Shown piece by piece: positions 13,820-26,513 of a stretch of 64,000 nucleotides of DNA; within the stretch, counting starts at the first letter, position 1; every line of letters starts with the position of its first letter. The stretch is from Paraspadella gotoi (Eukaryota > Animalia > Chaetognatha). The stretch covers positions 1,752,537-1,816,536 of the forward strand of contig CM119269.1 of the NCBI GenBank assembly GCA_051294375.1. The letters are read 5' to 3'. A model generated the notes under the pieces. The model had not been told where the DNA came from. It saw only the letters and a list, made by a program, of their open reading frames with translations, and searched no databases. The position numbers and the translations under genes are program-made.

Positions 13820-13826
13820 TTTTATA
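13820..13826 (-). promoter_or_regulatory. TATA box of the myosin gene
   Basis: Minus-strand TATAAAA in a GC-rich context. It is followed by a short non-coding exon with a donor near 13769 and a second UTR exon at about 13491-13532. Confidence 0.65.
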
Positions 13827-14749
13827 TCCGCGACCGGTTGGAGAGGGCAAGACGCGAAAGCGAAGGAGGAAGAGGAGGCGACGAAGCAGTCGGGAGACAC
13901 GGGGCTCGCTCGATCACCACTAGAGGCAGAGGGAGGGAAAGAGGGGGGGCAAAAATCCGGTAGAGGGAGAGAAGTAGTTGAAGGAGGAGTCGACGAGAAG
14001 GTGGGGGCGGGGACAACCTCGACGATGCGGTTTGCGTAAGTTGCCGCAGATGATGCGAGTCAATTTTAAGACGGGCTTTGCTATTCATACCTAGTACGTA
14101 TATTACAAGTTAAGCGATATTACCTGAGAGTGATTTCTCCGTCGTCTGGGTCTCTCTCTCCCTGTCTCTCCCTCTCTCTCACTCTCTCTTTCTCTCTCTC
14201 TCTCCCCAATTAACCGCAACCCCCTCGCTCCCATACGCGATCCCGAGATCGATCACTCGTTCGCGTCGCCGACCGAAATCCGCAAAGTTGAAAAAAAAAA
14301 ATAAAAGAACAGTCGCGTTCAGTTGATGTTTCGAACCTCAAATTTGATACCGAATAAACCAAACCGAGCTAAAAACACAAATTATCCTACTATATATCAT
14401 TACATGTAACTCGTTTTAACGGACCTGTCGTTACAGAAATATGGGATGAAGAATGGTTCAAGTTTTTTGGCAAAAATGTAGTTTTGTAATATGTGGTAGA
14501 ACGGTAAAAGAAAGACAAATATTGTTACAAATTAATTTCTGAGACTGAAATTTTCATAGAATTGGCTAAACCTACTTACGTATTACATCTGGAAAATTAC
14601 CGTTCTATACGTCCCAATGTAATCATAAATTCCGGACGAAATTGATAAAAATCACGTTTGCTCGATCACAACCTGACTTGATTTTCCAAACGCATTGGCT
14701 CGACTCACCTGCCCCAGCTTTAAACCACTGACAGAACGTGGGGTGGGTA

Positions 14750-14789
<40 letters not shown>

Positions 14790-15179
14790 TCGGTAGTTAT
14801 CCGTGATGATTCTCTTCAGCTTCGCCCTTCAGTCCCTCGCAATGACGTCGACTATCGGGGGGTGGGGGGGGGAGGAAGTCCTTTCGAATCCGATTCGCTG
14901 AATTCAGGTCAACGACTAATGATGAACGATGATAAACGATATGAACGAATTCGCATTTATGAAGTCAATTTCTCTCTCGTTCCTAACATTTCGATCGAAT
15001 TAAATCTTATTTATTAGTATATACGTATATATTATATTGGTTGTACCAATTTCATAATTCTATTAAAACCACATTCAAGTTTATTTTGATCGTTTTATTT
15101 TAAAATTACAGAATTAGGGTAAAATTATACATTCACTGTTGAGGACCTTCCCGATTTTTTTAAATTTTTTTTTAATATT

Positions 15180-15330
15180 ACCCCAACCACCTTTAACTAC
15201 CCTTCACCACCCTTAACCATAACCTTGGAAACCCCTAACCTTAACCACCCTTAACTCTAGCCACCCCTAACATTAGCCACCCCTAACCCTAATCCCGCCT
15301 AACCCTTACCACCCCTAATCCTAAATATCT
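15180..15330. repeat. Degenerate (CCCTAA/CCTTAA)n telomere-like tract
   Basis: Repeated ccttaacc/ccctaacc. Similar tracts lie at about 34570-34610 and, on the other strand, about 40259-40310. Confidence 0.65.
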
Positions 15331-15913
15331 TTAAGTTTAACCTTAAACAAACTTTACTTTTTTCTTGTTGTATCAAACCACGGTAATGATATATGGGAAT
15401 AGAAAAATAACCGACTGGCTCGGTTCCAGTCAGTGAAAGTAAAAAAAAAACATCTTGGTAAAATAAAAATTTGTTTGAAAACAAGTAAACAAACTTTGCT
15501 TCTCTCTAAATTTTACAATTAAAAGCAATGATACGACAATTTTTTCACCATCTCGTCCACCGGATTATTCTTATATTTTAATTTTTTTTTAAATTATATA
15601 ATGTAAATGCGATATACTTTTAGAAATAAGTAAAGAAAATTAAAACATGTTACAACATCGAGAAACGAAGCATGAATAATTTTTGAACATGGTAAATCCA
15701 AATGGCGACGACGACGACAACCATCTCATTCATATTTAGATAATAGATTACATAATTAATGAATTTTTCTGTTTCGAAGTAAGGAAGATTATTTAAAATT
15801 ACAGATAAAAATTCAGTAATCATACTGCGCTTTAAGAATACTTATTACTATTAAATAAACGTTTCCTCCCTTTTAGTAAATAACAGAAAATAAAACTCCC
15901 GCCGTCTAAAAAG

Positions 15914-16410
15914 CTACTGATCGCCGTCGGAGAATGGTTGTTCTTTGCGAACTCCCCCCATATCCTGCAACGCCAATCCCCAAAGAAACTGAAAAATGGT
16001 GTCGTAAGATTGACGTGCCACGCCCATTCCTTTTTGAACGTCCTTCATCATCACCTGAAAGTTAAGAGCAGTCAGGAGGGAAGGGGTTATCAACGGTATT
16101 CATGTATCAACACTATCAACATATCATATCATATCAACATCAACACTAATCAATATTCATGTATGTCTTCGCTTCAAAGTACCTGTTTGGCAATCAGAGG
16201 GTCACGCTCCCGCTGCTCCAAATTTTGCACGGAGCTGGAACCGCTTCCGGGTTTGTACCGATCGACGGAGTTAGTTCGCGGCAGTGCGTTCGGATTCCAG
16301 AGGTAAGGATCCTGGAAATTTTCCTCGTCGGAGACGGGCGCGGATAAGGCCGACCACGTCAGTACGCTCGTCAACAAGATCGTGGCGAAAACAACGTATT
16401 TTAATGCCAT
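15914..16410 (-). CDS. Small secreted orphan protein, 122 aa, 2 exons
   Basis: Exon 16410-16183 starts with a signal peptide (MALKYVVFATILLTSVLTWSALSA). A phase-0 GT-AG intron leads to exon 16054-15914 (VMMKDVQKGMGVARQSYDTIFQFLWGLALQDMGGVRKEQPFSDGDQ*). Confidence 0.7.
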
Positions 16411-16939
16411 TTTTAAAAAAGAATAAACTTTTGTAGTGTTTAGCGTCACGCTGATTGAAGCGGGTTTAAAATGATTCAAGAAGAAATTGATTCGATATTA
16501 AAGTATTCCTGAATGAGCAAATTTTTCTTTGGTGAACGGAATCACGGGGCGAAGGTCTTCTGCTGAGGTCGCAAATATTTTTTTTTTCCTAAATAATCAT
16601 TTCTCTCTGTAGCAAATGTGGAAAGGTTACTTTACATAATGGAAAAGAAATGAAAAAAAATTAAAATTAGTAGCCCAGTATGTCATTTACATAACTGTTT
16701 ACTTCTCTACAAAGATAAAAGTCTTTTATTACGTAAAATTACCAAATTCAACTATATAAACAAATAATCGATGACACGGTTGCCTTAATCCCATACTCAA
16801 AGTTCTTTCGTTATATTTTTCTCCCACGCCAATCGGTAACATTCGTTTGAAATTTTGACGTTGCATGGAATCAGCCAACATTTGGAAATGCGTGGCACTT
16901 CAATTTGCTTTCCCTGAATTGGAACGCAAATTTTGTTTT

Positions 16940-17032
16940 GATTTATTTGATGACTGATTTATTTGATGACTGATTTATTTGATGAATGATTTATTTGATG
17001 ACTGATTTATTTGATGACTGATTTATTTGATG
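16940..17032. repeat. 16-bp minisatellite (TGATTTATTTGATGAC)n, about 5.5 copies
   Basis: Direct tandem units with no spacers. Confidence 0.9.
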
Positions 17033-17605
17033 CTGGTCCAAGTATTTTGAAAATATTAAATTTGAGTAGAGAAAGACTAAAATAGCGAAGACCTTTTTAT
17101 CTCCTTGAACGAAGCAAAGAGGTTGGTTCAAATGGCCTTTTTCGCCCAACCGTCGGCAGAACGGAGCTTTAAAATCTTCCTAAAAAATAATAAAAAAAAT
17201 ATGTATCCCTATCAGAACATACAATTCTACATGGTAGTCTTATCCCTATTGGTAAAAAAATCATATATAACCTTGGTCCACCCCTCAAAAAATTATCCAT
17301 TCCCACCCCTTTCTGTTATGCTTCTTAGATATTATGATTTTTCATTAATGACTTTCTAACAGAAATGATGTGTGATATCTATTAGAAAACTAGGACATAT
17401 AGTAATCTAACCTTGTGTTGTATAGATGCTCCCTCTATTTCCAGAAGACAACACTGACTTCCCCTTCCCAAATTGAATTATTAGATAAATAAAACATCTT
17501 TAAGAAAGAAAGCAATATATATTTGATTAAATAATGTAGATTAAATACTAAATCCTTCATAAAATATAAAAATAGAAAATAGTGAAACAAGTAATTTGCA
17601 AATTT

Positions 17606-19497
17606 TCATTCAATCGAAGTCTTGAAAGTATTTTGAAAAAAAAAAATATTTAGCTCTCTAAAATAATAGAATGGATGACAGTTGTAAAGTGTACATTCTA
17701 GATCATGGCAACAATCAATACATTGCTTATTACAAAAACGATTACTTATGGTAACATCGTCAGCATTTAGCCTTACTCCTTTGTGAGCGTTGGGCATTTT
17801 AGCAACGAGTTCAATAAATTGACGCGGTAAGACTCCCTCCTGTGTATTTGTCTCCTTCATCAGCGCGGCGACCCAATTTTTGTTCTCTAACACATCGCTC
17901 CATTTCAAGCAATCGTTTCCGTCCCTGAGGGCGTAATGGAAAATATTAACTGTCACAGTATAACGTTTGAGTGCAACAGTTAAATATAGACAAAGATGAC
18001 AAAAATAAATTTTAATTGCTAATACTTTGGCTGTGGCAGTAGAGACCAGAGAATTTGAGAAAATTGATTATGAGACTAAATTTTATAAAAAAATTATGTA
18101 AAGTGATATATAAACGAGACTGTGAGAGAGTCTTGATTGAAAGCATGCAGAGGACTGCTATGTCATTATCTTGTAAGAGTGATGGAGGCCTTAAATCACC
18201 AAAGCCTGTTCCAAAGTCAAGGGCAAGATAGCTTATTTATAAATGAATGGATATTTTTATATTGGTTGTACAATTCATAAAATTCAGCTCCTTGTATTTT
18301 GATGCTAGTGCGGAGTACAATAAGTATTCCCGATCTAATACTTAAGGGAGTGGTCTTTTTCATACAATTAAACTTCTTTGAATATTTTCCACTTCATTGA
18401 TAGGGAAGCCAGGAACTCTGGGAGTGGAATAAACGAGACTGTGAGAGAGTCTTGATTGAAAGCTTGCAGGGACCTGCTATGTCATTATCTTGTAAGAGTG
18501 ATGGAGGCCTTAAACCACCAAAGCCTGTCCAAAGTCAAGGGGCAAGATAGCTTATTTATTAAATGAATGGATAATTTTATATTGGTTGTACACAATTTCA
18601 TAAAATTCAGCTCCTTGTATTTTGATGCTAGTGGAGTACAATAAGTATTCCCCCGATCTAATCTTAAGGGAGTGGTCCTTTTCATACAATTGAAACATTC
18701 TTTGAAATATTTTCCACTTCATTGATAGGGAAGCCAGGTACTCTGGAGTGAATAACGAGACTGTGAGAGAGTCTTGATTGAAAGCTTGCAGGACCTGCTA
18801 TGTCATTATTTGTAAGAGAGGAGGCTTAAACCACCAAAGCTGTCCAAAGTCAGGGGCAAGATAGCTTATTTATTAAATGAATGGATAATTTTTATATTGG
18901 TTGTACCAATTTCATATATATTTTTAAAAATATTAAATCTGTGTTATAGTTTATATGATTTGTTACTGTTTACGACTACATACTACATACTACTACATAT
19001 TGGGTAATTTTGTTTTTGTTTTAATTGGCCGTCAAAAGGTAATATTGATATATTCTATAATTATGAATTTTAATTTTATATTTTAAATAGAAAGGTAATT
19101 ATTTTTATTTATTCATTTATTTTTTATTTTCCTAAGTGGGAAATTCATGGATGTAAATTTTAAACTATAATACTCACATGTCCATTGTGTTGTAACCGCG
19201 ATATGGACACGGGTTTTGAGGATCAAGGAGCCCGGTGGAGCCAAACCAGTAGCAAATATTGCTCTCAGTCACGTTGAAAGTGTATTGAGGAGGGTCAATG
19301 TCAGATTCCATGACAAACCTAGCGACAGTTTGACATCTCGTAAATATGTTGTTGATTACTTTAAAAACAAGCACAAATCAGACTGTCACTGTCACTATGT
19401 CAAAATTTTGAACATTGTATACAGAACCAGACCAGGGGATTCCGGTAAGAGCGACTGCTATGACCACAACCAAAGTGACGCGAAGTACGTCGGCCAT
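17606..19497 (-). CDS. Secreted Cys-containing orphan protein, at least 3 exons, 3' end uncertain
   Basis: Signal peptide MADVLRVTLVVVIAVALTG (19497-19428), exon 19358-19178 (INNIFTRCQ...NICYWFG...PCPYRG) and a phase-compatible exon from 17924 (DGNDCLKW...). It either splices at 17777 or reads on through FCNKQCIDCCHDLECTLYNC to the stop at 17606. Confidence 0.55.
18111..18917 (+). repeat. Tandem array of about 2.5 copies of a ~325-bp unclassified repeat
   Basis: Units begin AACGAGACTGTGAGAGAGTC at about 18112, 18431 and 18754. The array ends at TTGGTTGTACCAATTTCATA. Confidence 0.9.
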
Positions 19498-19776
19498 GAT
19501 ACTTAAGACCAGGAGGCCTTCAGTGTCGCAAGATCTTGAAAATATCAATCAATGACTGGTTATTATATTTATTCTTAGACGATTAACATAAAACCTTCGA
19601 AGTTTAATTGCAATTTATCTTGAAATACATACTAACAGTTCTACAGTTTACTTTCTTCAGTTTCCAGAATCTTGAATTAATTGCCTTTTAGTTTTAGACT
19701 AAAAAATTGTTAAGTATATGATTTACCTACAATAAATAGAGGAGGCAATTACAAATATAAATGAATATGACCTTAC

Positions 19777-21364
19777 CTTTCAGATTCTTCGCCGTTAGAT
19801 TCAGAAGAACGACGTCTTTTGTTTGTTGGGTAAGTTTTAGTTTTGCTTCCCACGCTGATGTCGCTTTCGACTGGGGCTAACGTCGCTTTCTTAGTGACTT
19901 TCCAAGAAAAAAGAAAAACTACTATTACTAATAGTATTAGCCCCTTGAATTTCAATTTCCCGTTTTAAGTTTACATTGTTTTTAAATATATAAATTCATC
20001 ATTCTAATGACTTAAGAGGAGCGTTAAGATCAAAAAGTGAAAAACTGTTTGGTTGAACATAAACCCCTAGATAATTTCCCAATCTGCCCGAATGTTCCTT
20101 ATTTTCAAAAAATGTCGCATTTGCTTACTGGCAAGAATACGTAATCTCAATAGCTATCTACCGAAAATATCTTTTCTTTTGGGCGCAAGAATGGCCTCCA
20201 TTTCAGGGTCAAAGCCCGGATCGTAATTTGGATCGGAAAGAGGACCTTGTAGTATTTTGGGCATAGGTTGGCGCTTGTTCGTGCCTGATCAAATAAAAAT
20301 TAACTAAACGCATATAATTGACAGAGCTGTCAGTATACCATATAATAGTATTTTTGTTGCCTACTGACAAGTGACTACCGTCTTCCTTAAGCTTCTCTGG
20401 TCCCCGTTTCGACTTAAGCTCCGCACTGGCGTTTTTCCAGTTTTCGATTCCACGTGCGAAAAGTTCTTCTACGGTGAATTCCGGACTATATGGACCAGAG
20501 TAGTGCATACGAATTTAGCGGCATCTGATTATTTCCCTTTTTTTTTTATCTTGGACCAATTAATGATTTGTCATCGATTATAGACTTGAGAATTATTGAT
20601 AGTGCAAAGTCACCTAAATGTTAAAATACCTGTCAAGGATAATGTTGATGTTATCATTATCCGAATCATCTGTAGCGCCACCGTAATTAGCTTTCTAAGA
20701 TTAAAAATTAAAATTAAACATTCGGATTTCTTTCTTTTTCCTGTTCTCAATTTATTTGTTTTAATTATTATAATTTTAATTTTAATTATTCAGTTTCATT
20801 TGCAATTGTCATTAGAATGTGCTTTTTAAAATTATTTCTCCCCAAATATGTATGTTTAAATCTAAAATTTATTTTACGTTCTCCAACGCGTTTGCTAGAA
20901 GTCCTTCGGAACTGGGAACGTCCTGAACCTCGTCCTATAATATTGGAATGAGAAAACAATAGAATTATTAAAAAAAGGTTTAGTAAGAAATATCGTACAC
21001 CAAGTGATACACATGCGTGTTGTTCAAAAAGTTTTTTTAACTCACCGGTTCGTCATCCACGTCAGGAGTAACAACCTAATGGTTTATTATTTACATTTTA
21101 AAAATTTTCACGACTCTTGACATAAATTTATTATACCGACCGATTTTTCTTTTTCTTCCGAAACGGGCTCCTGCAAAATTTCGGTGCTCGTGGAAAAAGT
21201 TTCCAACCTTCTGCGCAATTAGTTCTCCTTACCTTAGTGTCATTTTCCGGAGGGGGAGCCTAGGACCAGGTTGAAAATTATTGCACACTTCATGACAGTT
21301 ATTAACTTTATCATAAGAAATATAGAGATTTTACCTTCTTTTTGAACTTAAAAAAATTAAACAT
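19777..21364 (-). CDS. Putative orphan gene built of many short exons; internal and 3' structure unresolved
   Basis: Five phase-0 exons join cleanly: MFNFFKFKKK|APPPENDTK|KVGTFSTSTEILQEPVSEEKEKS|VVTPDVDDEP|DEVQDVPSSEGLLANALEN. Further exon-like blocks lie at about 20630-20695, 20380-20510, 20162-20284 and 19777-19880. I could not join the 20630 and 20510 blocks in frame. Confidence 0.45.
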
Positions 21365-22633
21365 CTCTGAAGTATCGGTGATATTAATTGATAAGGAAAA
21401 CTTGAATAACACCCTTCTAAAGAAAAGAAATTAACTTGCTATCTTAGTCAATACACTAACTTCAGACGAAGGTGTAAAAATAACTAAAAAGTGACTGAAA
21501 ATCACTCGTCATTAGTGGTAAAATGATAAAAAAATATTGGACTTAAATGGCACCTTATGTTTTTGAGCAGGTTTTTAAAATTGTTAGTTTCAAGATTCCA
21601 GTTTTCAAATTTTCTGACGCTTTTATCTTCTAACATTACTGTGACTGGCATAATTGATTGAAAATTAAAAAAAATCGATTTGTTCATAAATAATGTATTT
21701 TTCATTCAGTTAAAATCCTTAGCAACATCCGCCAAGACAGGCAAACAAATTTAATGAAAGCCTACATTTTATTTTAGTCGTACTCGGTAGTTATGGAAAA
21801 AAAACCGGACATGTCTAATTACATCTAGGCAGAAAAAAAAGCAGTACTCAAATGTCCAGCAAAGATTGACATGATAATGATTCGAACATCTGAATATAGT
21901 TCTTCCATAAACGACGTGTGCGTTTATATTCATATCCATATGCGCTGGATATACGAAATATGGAAAGAACGCTTAATTTAAGTCGCCATAATGAATGAAT
22001 GAATGAATGAATGAATGAACGTAAAAAATACACGAGAAAAAAATGTGAAAAAATTTAGGTACTGATCAAGTCTTTAAAAAGTTGTCTATAAGATGAGGAT
22101 GCTCAATTAAAAACCAAATTCGACAGTGCATAGATCAAAATATACATAGTAGTTTTAAGCAATATATTTTAAAGTGATTAATGAAGAAAATACAATCAAA
22201 TTACACAAGTTATTTTACCTATCATCGATACAGGGCTGCTTGACTTTGTCAAGCACGGAATGGCACTATTTTTATACCGATCACATTCGCAATGTACAAG
22301 TCCGCCAGAATGACTAGACCATGATGGGTGAGACAAAGCTGGAAGTATGCCAATATATTTCATATATTTAATCTTTCATGACAAACATAGTTAAGAAAAT
22401 ATCTAATATTAATTAGCCAAAATGAAAAGGAGCACTGAGAAGGAGATAACTTTAGGAAAACAGAAGGGAATGAAAATATAAATGAAAATAAAAGTATAAC
22501 TAATTAAAATAATTTTAAAAAAAATTACATACGTACAAATCTCTAAAGAAAAGTTTTTTGAGGGGCGGAATTTTTTTGGCACACAACCCACCGCGAACTA
22601 AGAAACTAGTAATCTTTTGGCAATATTTCATAA

Positions 22634-23514
22634 CTAAGAACGACCTCCTTTGGAATGCGCAATGAGCCACTGCAAGGTGATATCGATATTGTCTTTCTCT
22701 TTACACGATATAGAGTAGCAGCAGATTTCTCGATCTTGAATTGCGCTGAGGTTCATTTTTTCGATGAGCTCCTTCTCATCAAGCGCTCCGAGCAAATCTC
22801 TTTTGTTGCCGAGAACTGTGAATAAAATATAAATACATATATACGAATAAAAGAAGGATGCCGAAATAAGTTTTTTTTTAATTTAAAATATTTTCGTTTT
22901 AAAACCTCACCCAAAACAGGGATTCCCGCCAGCTGCGGTTTGTCCAATAAATTATGCAATTCGTTCCTTGAAGCTTCCAATTTTTCATGGTCGGCTAAAA
23001 ATTATAGGATATTTTTATGAGAAAGTGAGAAACTCGACAAAAGTAGAGAGAGAATTGTAATCGTCCTTTAACATTTATCCCGTTTGCCTTGAATTAACAT
23101 TAATTAGCATTAACAGAGACATTTCTGCCGACTACAATGAAAAAAAAAATTTAATTTGCATGCTTTCAGCAAGATTCTCTTTTTGAGTTAATTAAACAAT
23201 TATGAAAGAATAATCTCACCCGCGTCGACCATGTAAACAATGCAATTGACTCCTCGACAGTAACGTTCCCACATTGACCGAAAGCGAGGCTGTCCACCGA
23301 TGTCCCACAACTTGATTGTAACGTTGCCCTTTGTGATCTTTCGCATGTTGAACCCCACAGTAGGAATCATGTCTTCGCTGAACTGTCCCGAGGCGATAAC
23401 GTTGACGAATGTGGTCTTGCCAGAATACTGTAATCCCACTAGGGTAAGTTCCATTTCCTCTTTCCAGAAAAGGCTCTTGAACCAATCCAAAATGCGGGTA
23501 AGAAAGGAAAACAT
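22634..23514 (-). CDS. ARL8: ADP-ribosylation factor-like GTPase 8, 3 exons
   Basis: Exons 23514-23220, 22994-22911 and 22815-22634 give [64 protein letters not shown] and [20 protein letters not shown]. Confidence 0.97.
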
Positions 23515-24693
23515 GGTTTTCGCCCAGAGTCGTTCGAAAAAAAAAAGTAATCTGAAAGGCATTCAATTCACAAATCACGCAGGGAAGTAGAACGATAAAA
23601 TTTAAGGCTAAATTATAATTATCCAAAAATGGTTTAAATTAAGGCTTTTTAAATTCGGGAAGTACAAGTATTCCTAGGAAAGCTGATCCGAGATAGGAGG
23701 GGCGTCGATTCCTCCGTGACGGCAGTGATTCAGACTCCTTAGTCTTGACCAGGGCGCTGAGGCGGCTGCGTTAGAGCAGTAGCAAGCCTCGGATCGCATA
23801 GAGCGATCGGAACTGGAATTTAGCGTTTTTTGCATGCATTATAAATAAAGTCAGGAAAATTTTCATTTCATCGCCATATTAGCTGTTATTTTTTAAAACA
23901 GGAAAGAAATTATACGTGATTCAAAACGTCAATAAAATGATTATTAACAACGGCGTCTTCTGCAGCCGACGCTGCAGCTACTGAAAAACAGGAGCCGCGG
24001 CAGCGCGAGTCGGTCGCCATGGAAACAGCATCAGGATAAGAACGCGTTGATCTTGCCGCGGCGGAGCAGCGTTGCCGCAGGATTGCAGCAGAGTTGACGC
24101 GGAGATGACACAGCGCCAATTGCCTCTCTCTCACTCCCTCTGTTTTGTGATCCATGTTTACCGTTCTTCACTAATTTCCCCGGCGCCCCGATTCTCCAAT
24201 TCCACTCTTCCGTTCCATTTTCCTTCGTTCACCTTATCTGTTGCAAAATTGCAATGATTACTGAAATTTGGATGGTGACATATTTTGGTGCCGCAGGTCT
24301 GAACTTGCCACTACCTTACGCTTAGCAATTTCATGCTTTAAATGATTTCTTTGCTTTTAAATTAAATGTAATGATATAGTTGAATTCAAACACGGAATAT
24401 GAGCTGATAAAAACCATTAAATAACCACTTTATGCATTGTCATGGGTGAACCGCCGATTGACTTTGTCCAAAAACTAAAAAAAAGTGAAGTCCGTCCCGT
24501 GGCCCACGTTTCTCAGCTTGGGACCTCTTTTCGAGACCCATCTGGTTCTGGCGATCGCGTCAACACTGAGGTCGCCGTTGCCGACCAATCTGCTTCGCTC
24601 ATTGCTGAGAACTTGTCCCGGGTTAGTTGACGAATGAAGACGAACGATGGGATTAATTTGACGTGATTGTACAATTTTTTTGTCTCGCAGATA

Positions 24694-25932
24694 ATGTCTC
24701 CTGGTAACGACACTGAAGAATCTCCGTCGTCTGGATCAACCCAATCGGCGGACGCCTCGGAGGTCGGTCAGGGAGACGCTGATCGTCACTCCGTCCAAGA
24801 AAATCGCGACTCAGGGGCTCCGTCGTGGCAACCGCGACTATTTTCCGATCATCAGTCACCATCCCAAGTTTCTCCCGACGAAGAACTCGGCGCCGTAGGG
24901 GGAATCGAAGACAGTCCAAGAACGCCGGGTGGGGCAGCGTCGCCTCGGGTGCCTCTTCTTAACTTCCCCATCCCGGATTCGTCTAAGCTCAAGGAGCCTC
25001 TGCGGCCGCTTTTCGAGAACGACAGGCCGCTGTCGCCGCCGGTGCCTGTAGCCGAGGTCGAGGACCAGGTAACCAACTAGTCTTAGTAGGCGTCTCTTCG
25101 TCCTCTATTAGCGAATCTGAAAGTTTAATTAGTATAATTTTGTTTTTTTGGTTAAAGGCTGGATTTATTATCCAAAGTTTTTTCGAAGAGAGATGGCGTC
25201 AAGAGAGCGGAGACGCCCCCAGCGAACTTGTCGTCCCTCAGTCTTCTTCCGCGTGGTCTTCAAACGCGGAGAGGAACCCTGGTGGGGATTCGGTTACGGA
25301 GAGAAGGGCCGACTTTCTTTCCCCGGAACACGCGGTCGACGGTCGTCGTTCCCAAGGAGACAAGGAGGTGGACCATAAGTAAGACACTACAGTCTCTTCT
25401 TAACAACATATTAAACATTAAACATGAACCAAAATTTTAAGCATCCGCGCCGTCTCAGCCAAGTTAAACTTAATCGCCCAAGAGATCGACCAAAGGTATT
25501 CTGTCGAGTTCGACGACATGATTGATGTTCTCAAAATCAATGGATCAACTGCCTATGAAGCCTTCGCTCAAGTCGCCAAACAGTAAGACAGGCATTGTTG
25601 TCGATAATTCGATCCTTTTTTATCTAAATCATTTTATTCAAAGGATGCTAACCGGCGGAATTTCTTGGTCCCGAGTGATTGCGCTGCTGGTGTTCGGGTA
25701 CCGAATGGCTCGGCGATTTGTCGACCTGGCTATTCCCAACTTTGTCCAGCGGATCGTCGGCTACCTGGTGAAGTTCGTGTGTCGCCACGTGGCAAAGTGG
25801 ATTGCAGATCGCGGCGGTTGGCTCGCCATTCTTCAACTCGAAGAGGGAATCTCTTGGACAGGATTCTTCGGTATCATGTCCCTCGGGTTCGGTATCCTGG
25901 CTGCCGTAACTTACGTCAGGAACAGATTATAA
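24694..25932 (+). CDS. Multidomain Bcl-2 family protein, Bak-like, 4 exons
   Basis: Exons at about 24694-25068, 25157-25378, 25442-25582 and 25644-25932. BH3-like LNLIAQEIDQRY..EFDDM, TAYEAFAQVA, BH1-like GGISWSRVIALLVFGY, BH2 WIADRGGW and a C-terminal TM helix. Confidence 0.85.
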
Positions 25933-26513
25933 AGACTACGGCCGGTTCCGGGAGTAAACCATTTCTTATGTTCTTACCCACCGTACCTGTGATCGATCGA
26001 GCCTTATTTATTTTTATAAAACTTTTTCATTCATGACGCTTTGTCGCATTTTATTTTTAAAAGCTCTTAATCATTGTCTTACAAACGATGTTGGCAAAAG
26101 AAATGTTATCTCGAAAAAATGGCATTTTTGAAGATATGTAAATATAACAATAAGCATAACTGAAACGTCCCTCAATGTCCAGCCGAATTTCGAAACTTTT
26201 ATGGGATTGTTTTTGATCTCTTACGATTTGTAGCTTATACATCGATGTTGCAATTTAAAACAGGACCAATTTTTGTATCGTACATATTTTTTTTTAACTA
26301 AACAAGGCTGTATAGACAATATTTCCAGCGAGTGTTTCTCATAGATGAATTTTTTGCCTTTGCTAAAATTTTTATTAATTCGTTTTGTCTGATTTCAAGT
26401 TTAAAACCATGAAGAGAATACAAATAAGGCGAGAATATTTAAAGCTTATGATTAAAAGACTCTCGATGGGCTGATTACTCTAATGAAGGCCAACTTCAAT
26501 ACAAACACAAAGA

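Noticed and set aside
15850-16054. Alternative frame of the secreted gene's exon 2 giving DDEGRSKR (furin-like site)
   Set aside because: It needs a phase-1 junction, but the visible donor at 16183 is phase 0.
16940-17032. Regular short repeats as a CRISPR array
   Set aside because: The units are contiguous with no unique spacers, there are no cas genes, and the context is eukaryotic.
18111-18917. The 325-bp repeat as a hammerhead retrozyme
   Set aside because: I found no CTGANGA...GAAA core on either strand of the unit, so it is left unclassified.
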